Source: an uncultured Gemmatimonadota bacterium | Lineage (GTDB): Bacteria > SM23-81 | Reading direction: 5' to 3' | DNA: 28,464 nt | Assembly: GCA_964584035.1 (NCBI GenBank) | Contig: CAZOYL010000018.1 | Location: 2,458-30,921, forward strand | Shown: piece by piece, positions 27,366-28,464 of the stretch | Layout of the letters: each line of letters starts with the position of its first letter | Position numbering within the stretch: position 1 is the first letter of the stretch | Translations under genes and position numbers: made by a program | The notes under the pieces: model-generated | Told to the model about the DNA's origin: nothing | Seen by the model: the letters and a program-made list of their open reading frames with translations, nothing else | The model's database searches: none

Positions 27366-28372
27366 GACAGGTGACCGTTCTGGGCGCCGGCGGATGGGGC
27401 ACTGCCCTGGCCATTCTGCTTCACGGCAATGGATACCAGGTTCGGCTGTGGGAGTATTTTCAGGATCGCGCCGAGGAGCTCCGCAAGAACCGTCACAACA
27501 AGATCTTTCTGCCCGGCATTGACATCCCCCGGGACATCCTCATCACTCATCTTCAAAAAGATGCTCTGGAAGGATCGGAGTTGGTTGTATTCGCTCTGCC
27601 GTCGCACCTCATGCGTCCGTTAGCCGCCGGAGCGGCGCCCCTGATGAGGACCGGAATTCTGTCGGTGAATGTGGCCAAGGGATTGGAAAGAAAGACTCTC
27701 AAACGTATGTCCCAGGTCTTGGAAGAGGAACTGCCGGAGGGCACCCCCATTGTCACGCTCTCCGGTCCCAGTCATGCCGAAGAGGTCAGCCGTGGGATTC
27801 CCACCGCGGTGGTCGCGTCCTCCCGGTCGGAAAGCCACAGCTGTCAGGTCCAGACGGCCTTCATGAGTCCGAGCTTCAGGGTTTATACCAACGATGACCT
27901 GGTGGGCGTCGAGCTGGCCGGATCGCTGAAGAACATCATCGCCATCGCCGTCGGGATCTGCGACGGTCTGGGATACGGCGATAATACCAAAGGGGCTCTC
28001 ATCACCAGAGGGCTGGCCGAGATCAGCCGGCTGGGACAGGCTCTGGGGGCACGTCAGGAAACCTTTGCGGGTCTCTCCGGTATGGGAGATCTGATCACCA
28101 CCTGCGCCAGCCGGCATAGCCGCAATCGTTATGTGGGCGAACAGATCGGCAGAGGACGGTCACTTCAGGAGGTACTCGATTCCATGGAGATGGTGGCCGA
28201 GGGAGTCAATACCACTGATTCCGGATGGGCGCTGGCCCGCCGGACAGGCGTGGAGATGCCCATTACCGAGCAGGTCTATGGTGTTCTTTTCGAGCGGAAG
28301 GATCCACGGAAGGCGGTCAATGATCTGATGACCAGAGGTCCGAAATCGGAAATAACCGCGAAGGGGAAATAG
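27362..28372 (+). CDS. gpsA: NAD(P)H-dependent glycerol-3-phosphate dehydrogenase
   Basis: Motifs GAGGWGTALA, SGPSHAEEV, KNIIAIA.G, GDLITTC and SRNR. ATGA overlap with plsY. Confidence 0.97.
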   Translation: MRQVTVLGAGGWGTALAILLHGNGYQVRLWEYFQDRAEELRKNRHNKIFLPGIDIPRDILITHLQKDALEGSELVVFALPSHLMRPLAAGAAPLMRTGILSVNVAKGLERKTLKRMSQVLEEELPEGTPIVTLSGPSHAEEVSRGIPTAVVASSRSESHSCQVQTAFMSPSFRVYTNDDLVGVELAGSLKNIIAIAVGICDGLGYGDNTKGALITRGLAEISRLGQALGARQETFAGLSGMGDLITTCASRHSRNRYVGEQIGRGRSLQEVLDSMEMVAEGVNTTDSGWALARRTGVEMPITEQVYGVLFERKDPRKAVNDLMTRGPKSEITAKGK

Positions 28373-28440
28373 AGTAACGTGGCCAAGAGAGAAGGTTAGC
28401 GATACGATCCATCCGAAGACGAAAGCGGGAGGTGGTTCAT

Positions 28441-28464
28441 TTGGTCAAACTCTCTCCGACCAAG
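28441..28464 (+). CDS. Probable start of the next gene, 3'-truncated (MVKLSPTK...); product unknown
   Basis: Strong SD GGGAGGTGG (28427-28435) followed by TTG and an open frame to the window end. Only 8 codons are visible. Confidence 0.5.

Noticed and set aside
1..28464. tRNA/rRNA genes, IS elements, prophage, defence or toxin-antitoxin systems
   Set aside because: None recognised. All intergenic gaps are about 205 bp or shorter and are accounted for by leaders, promoters or the terminator.

Overview
Bacterial chromosomal core-genome segment, roughly 58-60% GC by eye. Every real gene is on the + strand, in three blocks. (1) 5'-truncated nusA-infB-DUF503(ylxP)-rbfA-nrnA-truB-ribF-rpsO-pnp-M16 peptidase-mtaB-miaB. 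(2) lapA-lapB-TPR/SPOR, bounded by a sigma70-like promoter and an intrinsic terminator. (3) From a second sigma70-like promoter: mutS-mutL-miaA-secreted LPP20-like protein-TPR/SLH lipoprotein-PDZ/DUF512 radical-SAM-like protein-der-plsY-gpsA, plus the first 8 codons of a following gene. LapAB suggests a diderm, but I cannot assign the phylum from this window. I found no mobile element, CRISPR array, tRNA/rRNA or defence system, and I cannot claim a new multi-gene system. The best leads are a UCAY-rich hairpin leader before pnp, a 14-bp-periodic leader before lapAB, an SD-sequestering rpsO leader, a NusA with two separated (HhH)2 modules and an acidic tail, and three uncharacterised genes attached to der-plsY-gpsA. 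Several ORF-track starts were corrected using SD sites and family N-termini. All family calls come from motif recognition; no searches were run.
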